Assembly: GCF_001194135.2 (NCBI RefSeq)
Contig: NC_069003.1
Location: 30,482,568 to 30,546,567 of the forward strand
Length of the DNA: 64,000 nt
Origin: Octopus bimaculoides
Taxonomy: Eukaryota
Direction: 5' to 3'
A program made the position numbers and the translations under genes. The notes beneath the pieces are model-generated. The model was not told where the DNA came from. It was given only the letters and a program-made list of their open reading frames with translations, and searched no databases. This document shows, piece after piece, positions 37,327-48,891 of the stretch (positions are counted from its first letter, which is position 1; the number at the start of each line of letters is the position of its first letter).

Positions 37327-37918
37327 TTAACCAAACATTTGAATTGACCATATCCAGCCCAAATATTCTGCCTCTCCTATGTTCAAGTTGGCCATGTCCA
37401 ACCTCTCATACTTACCCTACAACATCACTCTAATAATAACCAATTACATCAAGGCCAGTCAAGCAGTACTGGCTGTCGCCAGTACCGCCTGACTGGCCTT
37501 CGTAGGATTTTCGAGCGAGATCGTTGCCAGTGCCCCTGGACTGGCTCTTGTGCGGGTGGCACATAAAATACACCATTTTGAGCGTGGTTGTTGCCAGTAC
37601 CGCCTGACTGGCCTTCGTGCAGGTGACACGTAAAAGCACCCACTACACTCTCTGAGTGGTTGGCGTTAGGAAGGGCATCCAGCTGTAGAAACTCTGCCAA
37701 ATCAGATTGGAGCTTGGTGTTGCCATCCGGTTTCACCAGTCCTCAGTCAAATCGTCCAACCCATGCCAGCATGGAAAGCGGACGTTAAACGATGATGACT
37801 ATGATCATCATCATCATTAAAATCTCGAAGCTATGAGGTAATCTATGATTGATTCAGAGCTATTTGAATACGTAAGCATTGCACTTTGACTGAGTGGTCT
37901 GAAATGCTAGGGAGTTAA
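37327..37918 (+). mobile_element. TTAA-flanked piggyBac-like MITE (about 230 bp) split by an RTE insertion
   Basis: TTAA at 37327-37330 and 37915-37918. The internal blocks ccatatccagcccaaatattct...ctaccctacaa and aaaatctcgaagcta...aagcattgca match the other copies. Confidence 0.7.
37452..37805 (+). mobile_element. RTE 3'-UTR fragment with a (GAT)n tail inserted into a piggyBac-like MITE
   Basis: Reads ggcacgtaaaagcacccactacactct...ggaagggcatccagctgtagaaac...cggacgttaaacgatgatga. Other copies lie at 32843-33080 (-), 41725-41910 (+), 50852-51027 (+), 54365-54676 (+), 59830-59930 (-) and 9100-9215 (-); related copies at 20380-20545 and 35180-35395. Confidence 0.8.
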
Positions 37919-38050
37919 GGGTCCTCAGAGCAAAACTCCCACCATTCACAAACTTATATGCGAAACCCTAGACTGATTAAACAAGGAAGAAACAAGTACT
38001 TTATTTCTTATTCGTTTATTTATTTATTTTTATTTTCTTTCAATTTCCAG

Positions 38051-38316
38051 GTGTCTTGATCTACAATCATTAGCAGCAAGTCCAGGTGGTGATCAGCTGG
38101 ACGGAACAAACAGTTCTTCTCCAGTTACCAGCAACCAACCAGCACCACCACCATCCACAGCAACAGCAGCAGCAGCAACAGCGGCTGTTCCTCAACCAAT
38201 TGCACACACCTGCTCTGTGAACACGTTGGATAATTCTAGCATCACAGTGTCGAGTACCTTGCACCAAACCACTAACTCTGCTTCGACACAGCTTACACCA
38301 AATGGTACCACAGATG
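38051..38316 (+). CDS. eya: eyes absent (Eya) N-terminal Pro/Ser/Thr/Ala-rich coding exon, CLDLQSLAASPGG...QLTPNGTTD; phase 2 to 1
   Basis: Acceptor ttttctttcaatttccag|G and donor GATG|gtgagt at 38316/38317; 266 nt with 88 full stop-free codons. LDLQSLAASP resembles EYA MEMQDLASP/MEMQDLTSP, and LTPNGT resembles EYA1 MTPNGT (recalled sequences). Confidence 0.92.
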
Positions 38317-38664
38317 GTGAGTTCTATTTAGTTCACTTCTGTTAGAGCAAGGTCGAGGGCCCACCCTTTTTTTTTTGTTGCGATATTTCTGTTTCCAGAT
38401 TTGTTCAAACCTGTTGGCCTGGTTTCTTATGTATTTACTGTGCTTTGCAGGTATTATGGTTAAGAAGTTTGCTTCCTAACTACGTGGTTTGGGGTTCAGT
38501 ATCTTGGACAAGTATCTCCTACTACTTCTGGTCTTCCATAAAAACAACTTTAGGTTGTGTGTTTGCCGGTGAGGTAACTTTCCACTCAGACTTGTACCCC
38601 AGAGGCGAACCTCTTAGGTGCACCCATGGTCATTTGTGACCAACAGAGTCAAGTTTTTGTTTCG

Positions 38665-38714
<50 letters not shown>

Positions 38715-38858
38715 AATCAGAGGACAAACGAAAGAAGGGCTCTCAACAAATTTACTGGGAGTTACATGTATAGATCAACTTCTGTCATTCAAATTCAGAA
38801 TGGCTAACATATCACTTCAAACTCAATGTCCAATGAATTTAAGTCAAACTGCTTTGAT

Positions 38859-38913
<55 letters not shown>

Positions 38914-39769
38914 TGGTTTCCTCACAGTTTTGGTCTACCAAATTCACTCACAAAGCAAAACACTTATCAACCTAGTGGAAGACACTTCACTCAAGGTGCC
39001 ACACAACAGGACTGAACCCAAAACCATGTGCTAGAAAAACTAGTTTCTTAACCACACAGAAATCTGGTAGGAAACTTTATATAAATATTGCCAGTTGACT
39101 GTAAAAGGTGATCTGCAACATAATTGGTTCGTTTGGAGGCTGCTAAACCAATGAAAAGAAAGAGAGTTACATTTTTTTGGCCAATATATCACGTTTTTAG
39201 TAATTGTAGCTTTGTTATCAGATCTGAAGTATCAGCTTAGCAGTGCTATGAGGGTTAATGTGTGATGAGATTGATTTAGAAGGTTAAGATAAGAAACTGT
39301 GATTTGAGTTGTTGCTGTTGTTGTTCTTAGTTCTTTAGCTTCAGGTCATCCTTAATCCAGCTGGAATGCTTTTGGTTCAGGTTTTCTGGTAGGGTGTCAG
39401 TTGAGGGAGATTTATGTGCTGTCTCTTGCAGGTTGAGTGGGGTCTATATGCTGATTTCCTTTGTTGGCTTCAGAACAAGAGACACCAGTGGCTGTTGTTG
39501 TTTAGCCACTGGTTAATCCTCTGTGTGTGTGTGTGTGTGTTTTATGTCTTGACATCCGGTGTTGGTTTGTTTGCATCCCTGTAACTTAGAGGTATTGTTA
39601 GTATCAGGTTTTAAAAAAATATAAATACTGGGGTCAATTTCTTTGACTGAAACAAACCCTTCAAAACAGTGCCCCAGTATGACCGCAGTCCAATGACTGA
39701 AACAAGATAAAGATATATGTGCATGTATGTGTATATATATGTGTGTGTATGAATATATATATAATGATG

Positions 39770-39826
<57 letters not shown>

Positions 39827-40013
39827 GGTATATTCAATTACCACTTGACTGTTTATTTTTCATCTGATCTGCTCGCTGGGTATGTTGGAGCTTGTGGGTG
39901 CTGCTGTGTGTCTGTGTGTGTGTCTGTGTATAAATGTCTGCAATAATTCTTAGCTGAAGTATTTACTGTCTCAAGTAATTCATGCCTATCATTTATCTTT
40001 CCAAATCACCACA

Positions 40014-40059
<46 letters not shown>

Positions 40060-40558
40060 CATGTATATATGCATACATACCATTATATGAATGCATGCAT
40101 ATGTGTATATAAGCACATGCATACACATACATACTAAACAGTTGAATGATATATATATATATATATATATATACAAGAGCACTCATTATACATACATACA
40201 TACATTTATACATCATACATACACAAAGAAGGAAAAGATATGTTGTGTTGTGGAAATCAGGTGTCCTCTGGACATGAATGTGATTCGAAAAATACAAGGG
40301 GACATCTATGAACCATTAATAAGGAGTTTACAAATCCAGTAACCAAGATACCCTTTCAGCTACATACCAGGATACATACCAACTTGCCTAGAGCAGAATA
40401 TGGCTGAACTTGGGTTCTTGAGAAGAGAATGCAATTCCTTAATTCATACGCTACAAATAACCATAATATCTGGGAAAGTTTTCTCCTACTTTGTTTTTTT
40501 TTTTAATTGCAAAGTCTTTGAGCAGACTTCTTAACCTCACAGCTATGTTTCTATGTTT

Positions 40559-40595
<37 letters not shown>

Positions 40596-41266
40596 CATTG
40601 AGGTGATGGTGCACAAGTACCATTTACATTGGACTGGATACAATAATGTCTAATGCTTGAAAGAAAGACAAGGTGGTCATGGTTTGAACATCTACTTTAA
40701 TGGTAGGTAGGTAGGTAGTTCTGCTGGATTAGAGCTAAACACCAACATGTAGCTGTGGTGGCAGCAGCAGTGGTGGTGGTAGTGGTGGTGATTATATGGA
40801 CTATACAGCTAGGTTGGGTGGTGGTGGTAAAGAATCCGTTAACTATGACAGTTGTGTGTGTGTGTGTCTTCTCTCTTGTTCTGTTCCCTACCACCTCTTA
40901 CTTCCCCTCAGCTCTCTCTCTACTTGCCCTCCTACTGTGTCTTCTTCTTCATTCTCTACCACCATTCCTCCTTCCCATCTATCTATCTATCTATCTTCCA
41001 TCCTTTCTCTCTATCTGTCTCTCTTCCTTTCTCTCTCTCTCTCCCAAAGATCTCTTATCTGCTGGTTTGATAAGGCAAAGAACATAAGTCATTTCTGTGT
41101 ATTCACTGTATTTTATGAGGTACTCTTGCCTCTTTGTTGTTGTTAGGGTGGAGGTGGAGGGGGGGGGGGCTTTGACTGGGTGGTTGGCTGGCTGGGTTGC
41201 AGGTGGAGGAGTATGATGCTGGTTGGTTACACGGCTTGCTGGCTGGTTGGGCCATTAATTTCTGGT

Positions 41267-41301
<35 letters not shown>

Positions 41302-41919
41302 NNNNNNNNNNNNNNNNNNNNNNNNNNNNNNNNNNNNNNNNNNNNNNNNNNNNNNNNNNNNNNNNNNNNNNNNNNNNNNNNNNNNNNNNNNNNNNNNNNN
41401 NNNNNNNNNNNNNNNNNNNNNNNNNNNNNNNNNNNNNNNNNNNNNNNNNNNNNNNNNNNNNNNNNNNNNNNNNNNNNNNNNNNNNNNNNNNNNNNNNNNN
41501 NNNNNNNNNNNNNNNNNNNNNNNNNNNNNNNNNNNNNNNNNNNNNNNNNNNNNNNNNNNNNNNNNNNNNNNNNNNNNNNNNNNNNNNNNNNNNNNNNNNN
41601 NNNNNNNNNNNNNNNNNNNNNNNNNNNNNNNNNNNNNNNNNNNNNNNNNNNNNNNNNNNNNNNNNNNNNNNNNNNNNNNNNNNNNNNNNNNNNNNNNNNN
41701 NNNNNNNNNNNNNNNNNNNNNNNNACGTGCGGGTGACACGTAAAAGCACCCACTACACTCTCTGAGTGGTTGGCGTTAGGAAGGGCATCCAGCTGTAGAA
41801 ACTCTGCCAAATTAGATTGGAGCCTGGTGTTGCCATCCGGTTTCACCAGTCGTCAGTCAAATCGTCCAACCCATGCTAGCATGGAAAGCGGACGTTAAAC
41901 GATGATGATGATATATATC

Positions 41920-42782
41920 AATCATCATCATTTAACATCCGTTCATCCGTTTTCCATGCTGTCATGGGTTGGACAGTTTGACTGAAAGCCAGTTAGCTGG
42001 GGAGCTGCACCAGGTTCCAATCTGATTTAGCATGGGTTCTACAGCTGGATGCCCTTCCTAACGCCAACCCCTCCAAAAGTGTAGCGGAAGCTCTTTATGT
42101 GCCACCAGCACGGCTGCCAGTTACGAAACACCCGGCATCATCCACGACTGCGATCTCACTTGGCTTGACAGGCCCTTGTCAAAGGTCTTGGTCATGTGTC
42201 ACTGCTTCTGTGAGGCCTAAAGTTCGAAGGGTGCTTTTTTGAGTGACACTGACATCAGCCATGACCTACAATTTCACTTGGCTTGGTATGTCTTCTTAAG
42301 CACAACATATTTATTTCTTTATGGCCCACAGGAAGCTAAACATACAGGGGACAAACGAGGACAGACATAGGGATTAAATTGATTACATCGACCCCAGTGC
42401 ATAACAGGCACTTATTTAATCAACCCCAAAAGAATGAAAGGCAAAGTCGACCTCGGCAGACAAAATACTGCTAAGCATTTCTCCCGGCATGCTAATGATT
42501 CTGCCAGCTCGTCGCCCTATATCTGCACAAATTAACGATTTAAAATTGGTCGTATTGCCCCAATCTTCGAAGGGTGCTCTTTATGTACCAGTTACGTGAC
42601 GCCAGCATCAGCTACGTCTATGATTTCACTTGTCTTGACAGGTCTTCTCAAGCATGGCATAATAATGCCAAAGGTCTCACAGTCAGTTACCATTGCTTCC
42701 TTGAAGCCCAACATTCAAAGACCATGCTTCACCACCTCATCCCATGTCTTCCCAGATCTACCTCTTCCACAGGTTCCCCCCA
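41920..42782 (-). mobile_element. Cluster of 5'-truncated RTE-clade LINE 3' ends with a (GAT)n tail, with a family B SINE inside
   Basis: Minus-strand translation gives GTCGRGRSGKTWDEVVKHGL (42720-42782) and LRTLGLTEAVTHDQDL (about 42185-42232), matching the RTE GRGRPRKTW C-terminal motif. The 3' UTR ends at ...ttaaatgatgatgat. Confidence 0.75.
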
Positions 42783-42796
42783 TATATATTATCTGT

Positions 42797-43258
42797 AGTG
42801 GAGGTGCAATGGCCCAGTGGTTAGGGTAGCGGAGTCATGGTCGTAGGGTCGCGGTTTTGATTCCCAGACTGGGCGTTGTGAGTGTTTATTGAGCGAAAAC
42901 ACCTAAAAGTTCCACGAGGCTCTGGCAGGGGGGGGGGGCGAACCCTGCTGTACTTATTCACCACAACTTTCTCTCACTCTTTCTTCCTGTTTCTTTTGGA
43001 CCTGTATTTCAAANNNNNNNNNNTACTTATTCACCACAACTTTCTCTCACTCTTTCTTCCTGTTTCTTTTGGACCTGTATTTCAAAGGGGCCAGCCTTGT
43101 CACACTGTGTGTCATGCTGAATCTCCCCGAGAACTACGTTAAGGGTACACGTGTCTGTGGAGTGCTCAGCTACTTGCCCGTTAATTTTTCATGAGCTGGC
43201 TGTTTCGTTGGTCAGATCAACTGGAACCCTATTCGTCATAACCGACCGAGTGCCACAC
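42797..43258 (+). mobile_element. tRNA-derived SINE family C (central domain possibly Deu/Nin-type)
   Basis: tRNA-like head tggcccagtggttagg...gattccc. The body cctgtatttcaaagggccagccttgtcacac...aagggtacacg...gatcaactgg is shared with 62268-62510 and 17200-17335; a related head lies at 24443-24715. The domain name is uncertain. Confidence 0.65.
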
Positions 43259-43918
43259 GCATTATCCATAAAGCCATTATCGTGTCATTTTCATCATTTT
43301 AACAACCACTTCTCCACGCTGGAATATTTATATATTTATTGCTAAGGACACAGTATTTTGTTTTTGCAGCCATAATTTGCACTACCAAGTATATTAAAGG
43401 TACATTAAAACCAATATTGTTTAACTTGTGTTAGTTGTGATGCATGGACTGGTTTTGCTCTTGTGTTGCTTGGCACTATTTGTCCCATTTACTTCTAGCT
43501 TCTCAGCATTATGGTTTTATCCAACAAACTCCCTTCTCAGATTCACACACTTAGTGCAGCAGTTCTTCAGTTTTTCTAAGCCTTGTAAAAATAACCAGGC
43601 CTTTCATAAATAGCCTTAAAGCCAGAAATTTTTAAGCATCCCTCACATATATATATATATATANNNNNNNNNNTTATAGTAAAAATGGATACATAAGGGT
43701 GGAAAATCACAGGAACAATACCATATGTCCAACGCAAGATACAATATGTGTGTTCAATTCCTTCAAGAATCAATAAATGAATAAATTCATTTATGTATCC
43801 ATTTTTACTATAAGATACCGGAGTAAGCACATAAATGTGCAACAAGGTGGAAAAAAGAGTACTCAAATACCAGAGGTAGAGTAATATGCTTTATTTAAAA
43901 GCAGCAGAAATATAACAA

Positions 43919-43964
43919 AAAACTGTTACTCGGAGTTTCACGTTCCCATTCATCGGACAGTTTT
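43919..43964 (-). ncRNA. Minimal type I hammerhead ribozyme motif (U4C core variant)
   Basis: Minus strand reads AAAACUGU-CCGAUGA-AUG(GGAA)CGU-GAA-ACUC(C)GAGU-A-ACAGUUUU. It has a perfect 8-bp stem I, a 3-bp stem II, a palindromic stem III with a 1-nt loop and a GUA triplet. Confidence 0.7.
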
Positions 43965-43985
43965 GTTAAAAAAATAAAAAATAAA

Positions 43986-44031
43986 AAAACTATCCGATGA
44001 ACCGGAACGTGAAACTCTGAGTAACAGCTTT
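43986..44031 (+). ncRNA. Second, inverted and degenerate copy of the minimal hammerhead motif, sense to eya
   Basis: Plus strand reads AAAACUAU-CCGAUGA-ACC(GGAA)CGU-GAA-ACUC(U)GAGU-A-ACAGCUUU. Same architecture as 43919-43964, with two stem I mismatches and one stem II mismatch. Confidence 0.6.
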
Positions 44032-44080
44032 TTGTTATATTTCTGCTGCTTTTAAATAAAGTATATATATATTTATATAT

Positions 44081-44430
44081 GTTTCAGTCATTTCACTGTG
44101 GCCATGCTGGAGCACCACCATAAAGGGTTTTAGTCGAAGAAATCAACTCCATTACTTAGTCTATCGGTATCTTTTGCTGAGCTGCAAAGTTATGGGGACA
44201 CAAGCACACTGACATCAGTTGTCAAGTGATGGTAGGATGACAAACACAAGCACAATGACACATACACATAGATATACATACATCAACAGGCTTCTTTCAG
44301 TTTCCATCTACCAAATCCACTCACAAGACTTTGGTCAGCCTGAGGCTATAGTAGAAGAAAGACACTTGCTTGAGGTGCCACGCAGTGGGACTGAACCCAG
44401 AGCCAACGTGCTTGGGAAACAAGCTTCTTA
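44081..44430 (-). mobile_element. SINE family A, near full length
   Basis: Family A blocks in reverse. Confidence 0.8.
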
Positions 44431-45099
44431 CATGCACACACACACACACGCACACACACACACGAAGAGCCAGGGTGGTCATGGCTGGAACAACTACCAT
44501 TATAAACCAACCTGTTACCATATAAGCCACAAAAAACCTTGCACACCTGCTCTTCCTTTCCACCACCACAAGTATTGGGTTTTTTTTGCACTTTANNNNN
44601 NNNNNNNNNNNNNNNNNNNNNNNNNNNNNNNNNNNNNNNNNNNNNNNNNNNNNNNNNNNNNNNNNNNNNNNNNNNNNNNNNNNNNNNNNNNNNNNNNNNN
44701 NNNNNNNNNNNNNNNNNNNNNNNNNNNNNNNNNNNNNNNNNNNNNNNNNNNNNNNNNNNNNNNNNNNNNNNNNNNNNNNNNNNNNNNNNNNNNNNNNNNN
44801 NNNNNNNNNNNNNNNNNNNNNNNNNNNNTCCCGTTTTCCTCTTTCCTCCTACTGCCATAGATCTTGTCCTCTTCCCTGACTGCCAGCCACCTCAAGAGAT
44901 CCTTAATTATGCAGCAATTGTGTTTCTCTGCTTTTATACACACACACACACACATACACACACATTTATTTATTCTATACTTACAAATTATTCTTCTGCT
45001 ATATTTACCACAGGAAACAGGTAAATATAAGCTGAGGAGTGTCGAAGGGGATCTGGATTGGTAGTGGTGGTGGTGGTGGTGGTGGTCATCGTCGTCGCC

Positions 45100-45660
45100 A
45101 CTGACGCTGACACCCTTCATGCCATACCTGGCTCTCATGGCTTCTGATCTTAACTGATTGGAAGTGTTATCATGTACATGTTTTGTCCTGGTGTGAAAAA
45201 AAAACAGATGGGCTACAGCAAATATTCTGCTCAATACCACAGACTTGCCTGTCAGATGCTTGACCATAACCAGTTGAGCATGTCCTTCAGTAGCTGGCGA
45301 TATGTGGGGGAGCATCATAGCCATGTATTGGAGAGGAATTCTTTGGAGTTTTAATTCTTCTCTGCAAACATGGGTGTTTTGTTTATCATCCTTTAACAAC
45401 CCTCACTCAGGGATCTTTCGAGCGGAATGGGCTACTCAACCTGAGGAAAATCCTAACTGGGCCCCACCTGCAAGGTGATTTGCCGTTTATCTTGATATAA
45501 GGTCACCATGTTGTGCACATATGGTTGTGATGCATGTACCTGGTGTACCCTTATCAGACAGGTAGTCATGATGGGTATACTGAACTTTGTATATTTTACC
45601 CCAGTGTCACTTTGATGACATGCATTGCTCTCTCACTCAATAATAATAATAATAATATTA
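45100..45660 (+). mobile_element. Probable retroposon 3' end terminating in (AAT)n
   Basis: Balanced-GC non-simple segment ending ctctctcactc(AAT)n. Single copy in the window; family unidentified. Confidence 0.3.
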
Positions 45661-45665
45661 ATAAT

Positions 45666-46281
45666 GGTTTCAAATTTTGGCACAAAGCCAGTAATTTCAT
45701 GGGTGGGGAAGTCGATTACCTTGACTCCAGTTCTGGATTGATATTTATTTTTATCAACCCCAAAAGGATGAAAGGCGAAGTCGACCTCGGCAGAATTTGA
45801 ACTCAGAACGTAATGACAGATGAAACGTTACTAAGTATTTTACCCAGCATGCTAACGATTCTGCCAGCTTGCCAATACTGATAATTATTATTATTATTAT
45901 TTCTACTCTAGGCACAAAGCCTTAAAAATTTTGGGGGAAGGGGGCTAAGTTGATTACATCAACCCCAGTGCACAACTGGTACTTATTTCATCGACCCCCA
46001 AAAGGATGAAAGGCAAAGCCGACCTCAGCGGAAATTGAACTCAGCAGCAGACAAAATACCATTAAGCCTGGTGTGCTAATAATAATAATAATAATAATCA
46101 TCCTTTCTACTGTAGGCACAAGTCCTGAAATTTGGGGGAGGTGGAGTCGATTATATTGACCCCGAAAGGATGAAAGACAAAGTCAACCTCGGCAGAATTT
46201 TAACTCGGAACGTAGTAATAGCCGAAATACAGGGCTAAGCATTTCACCCGTTGTGCTAACGATTCTGCCAGCTCACCGCTT

Positions 46282-46313
<32 letters not shown>

Positions 46314-46380
46314 TTTTCTAATAGAGGCATAAAGGCAGAAATTTGATGTGGTGGGCAGGGCTATAGTTGATTAAATAAGA
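45666..46380 (-). mobile_element. Tandem array of 3-4 SINE family B copies separated by (AAT)n/(ATT)n
   Basis: Copies at about 45666-45871, 45900-46075, 46100-46280 and a partial copy at 46315-46380. Single family B copies also lie at about 8140-8250, 23150-23260, 32180-32345, 37070-37255, 42305-42515 and 57030-57180. Confidence 0.85.
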
Positions 46381-46576
46381 TAACAAGGGTTTCTTTTACT
46401 TGCTATAGGAGCATGAACGGGGAGGGGGGAACATGGCAAGGACAGTCTGCAATTTGTTGTGATGGGAAAGAAAGGGGAGAGCCTGTAAAATGAAATAAAA
46501 GTATACATAATATAATAATAATAATAATAATAATAATGTCTTTGAGGAATTTTTAATAATATATGGTTGCCTCCAC

Positions 46577-46618
<42 letters not shown>

Positions 46619-47712
46619 CTTGCACACACATGAACCACTAATGGCTATTCCAGTCATTAAGTGGTTCCTGCTTTTCTCCTGCCCATCTTCATTATTATTT
46701 CTTCATTCCTGCCTGACTATCCCCGGAGTAGCACGGTGGCAGCAGCGATAATGAAGTGGTGGGCAAGAAGAAAGGTTTGAATTAGGGTTGAAGGGATGAG
46801 GATGTGGGTTCAAGCACCACAACAGCCGTGGGGTCAGGAAGGAGAAGAAAAAAAAAGTGGAATTATCACATTCTAATANNNNNNNNNNNNNNNNNNNNNN
46901 NNNNNNNNNNNNNNNNNNNNNNNNNNNNNNNNNNNNNNNNNNNNNNNNNNNNNNNNNNNNNNNNNNNNNNNNNNNNNNNNNNNNNNNNNNNNNNNNNNNN
47001 NNNNNNNNNNNNNNNNNNNNNNNNNNNNNNNNNNNNNNNNNNNNNNNNNNNNNNNNNNNNNNNNNNNNNNNNNNNNNNNNNNNNNNNNNNNNNNNNNNNN
47101 NNNNNNNNNNNNNNNNNNNNNNNNNNNNNNNNNNNNNNNNNNNNNNNNNNNNNNNNNNNNNNNNNNNNNNNNNNNNNNNNNNNNNNNNNNNNNNNNNNNN
47201 NNNNNNNNNNNNNNNNNNNNNNNNNNNNNNNNNNNNNNNNNNNNNNNNNNNNNNNNNNNNNNNNNNNNNNNNNNNNNNNNNNNNNNNNNNNNNNNNNNNN
47301 NNNNNNNNNNNNNNNNNNNNNNNNNNNNNNNNNNNNNNNNNNNNNNNNNNNNNNNNNNNNNNNNNNNNNNNNNNNNNNNNNNNNNNNNNNNNNNNNNNNN
47401 NNNNNNNNNNNNNNNNNNNNNNNNNNNNNNNNNNNNNNNNNNNNNNNNNNNNNNNNNNNNNNNNNNNNNNNNNNNNNNNNNNNNNNNNNNNNNNNNNNNN
47501 NNNNNNNNNNNNNNNNNNNNNNNNNNNNNNNNNNNNNNNNNNNNNNNNNNNNNNNNNNNNNNNNNNNNNNNNNNNNNNNNNNNNNNNNNNNNNNNNNNNN
47601 NNNNNNNNNNNNNNNNNNNNNNNNNNNNNNNNNNNNNNNNNNNNNNNNNNNNNNNNNNNNNNNNNNNNNNNNNNNNNNNNNNNNNNNNNNNNNNNNNNNN
47701 NNNNNNNNNNNN

Positions 47713-47751
<39 letters not shown>

Positions 47752-48486
47752 TTGTGTTTGTCCCACCAACATCGCTTGACAACCGATGCTGGTTTGTTTA
47801 CGTCCCCCATAACTTAGCAGTTCGGCAAAAAGAGACCGATAGAATAAGTACTAGGCTTCCAAAGAATAAGTCCTGGGGTCGATTTGCTCGACTAAAAAGG
47901 CGGTGCTCCAGCATGGCCACAGTCAAAAGACTGAAACGAGTAAAAGAGTAAAAGAGTCACATCATTAAAATCTTTGAAGCTACAAGATAAAGTATGATAA
48001 AGTTTGAAAAAATAAACATTACATTGCACACAGAAAGAAATCTGAATTCAGACAGGATTATGATGAAGAACAATGAGGGATTCTTGACACAGGCTCCCAT
48101 ACTTCGGGAGTGGCACCAGATATATCTTGATTTTGATAGAGCTCCAGTTATTAACTGATTCTCATTTCGTTAACCACATCCTCTTCTCTGGAAAGATTTA
48201 AAAAATGCTTTACTCCAACAGGATTTAAACTTGAAACCTAACTAAATACGTGCAGGTGTGGCTGTATAGTGAGCAGCTAGCTTCACAAGTATATGGTTCC
48301 GGGTTCAATCCCATTGTATGGCACCTTGGACAAGTGTCTTCTACTATATATAGCCTTTTGAGTGGATTTGGTTAACGGGGTCAATAAACTAAGTTACCAG
48401 TTGAACACTGGGGTTGATGTAATCAACTAGTTCCCACAAACCACAAATTTCAGGCTTTGTACCAAAGGATTATTATTATTATTATT

Positions 48487-48891
48487 AGGCGTAGGAGTGG
48501 CTATGTGGTAAGTAGCTTGCTTACCAACCACATGGTTCTGAGTTCAGTCCCACTGCGTGGCATCTTGGGCAAGTGTCTTCTACTATAGCCTCGGGCCGAC
48601 CAAAGCCTTGTGAGTGGATTTGGTAGACGGAAACTGAAAGAAGCCCATTGTATATATGTATATATATGTGTGTATGTGCGTGTATATGTTTGTGTGTCTG
48701 TGTTTGTCCCACCAACATCGCTTGATAACTGATGTTGGTATGTTTATGTCCCCGTAACTTAGCGGTTCGGCAAAAGAGACCGATAGAATAAGTACTAGGC
48801 TTCCAAAGAATAAGTCCTGGGGTCGATTTGCTCGACTAAAGGTGGTGCTCCAGCATGGCCACAGTCAAATGACTGAAACAAGTAAAAGAGT
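48487..48891 (+). mobile_element. SINE family A, full length and young
   Basis: From ggcgtaggagtggctatgtggtaag to gactgaaacaagtaaaagagt. Confidence 0.9.

Larger units (their letters stand above)
43674..44062. mobile_element. Probable Penelope-like-element terminal-repeat remnant with internal inversions, embedded in (TA)n
   Basis: Contains two hammerhead motifs, a 76-bp inverted repeat (43889-43964 / 43986-44061) and a perfect 23-bp inverted repeat (43674-43696 / 43791-43813). (TA)n lies on both flanks. No RT or GIY-YIG ORF is visible, so the PLE assignment is inference. Confidence 0.5.

Noticed and set aside
37728-37750. CTGAGGA-ctggt-GAAA on the minus strand of the RTE 3' UTR (also near 41850)
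   Set aside because: There is no stem II and no A15.1-U16.1 pair or NUH triplet, so it is a chance match.
42951-43086. 63-bp exact direct duplication (42951-43013 / 43024-43086)
   Set aside because: The copies flank a 10-N placeholder gap within one SINE. This is the typical unmerged contig overlap, i.e. an assembly artefact.
43697-43866. Minus-strand ORF 43576-43866 as a PLE GIY-YIG remnant
   Set aside because: No recognisable GIY/YIG or RT motif, and the ORF crosses a gap and a MITE.
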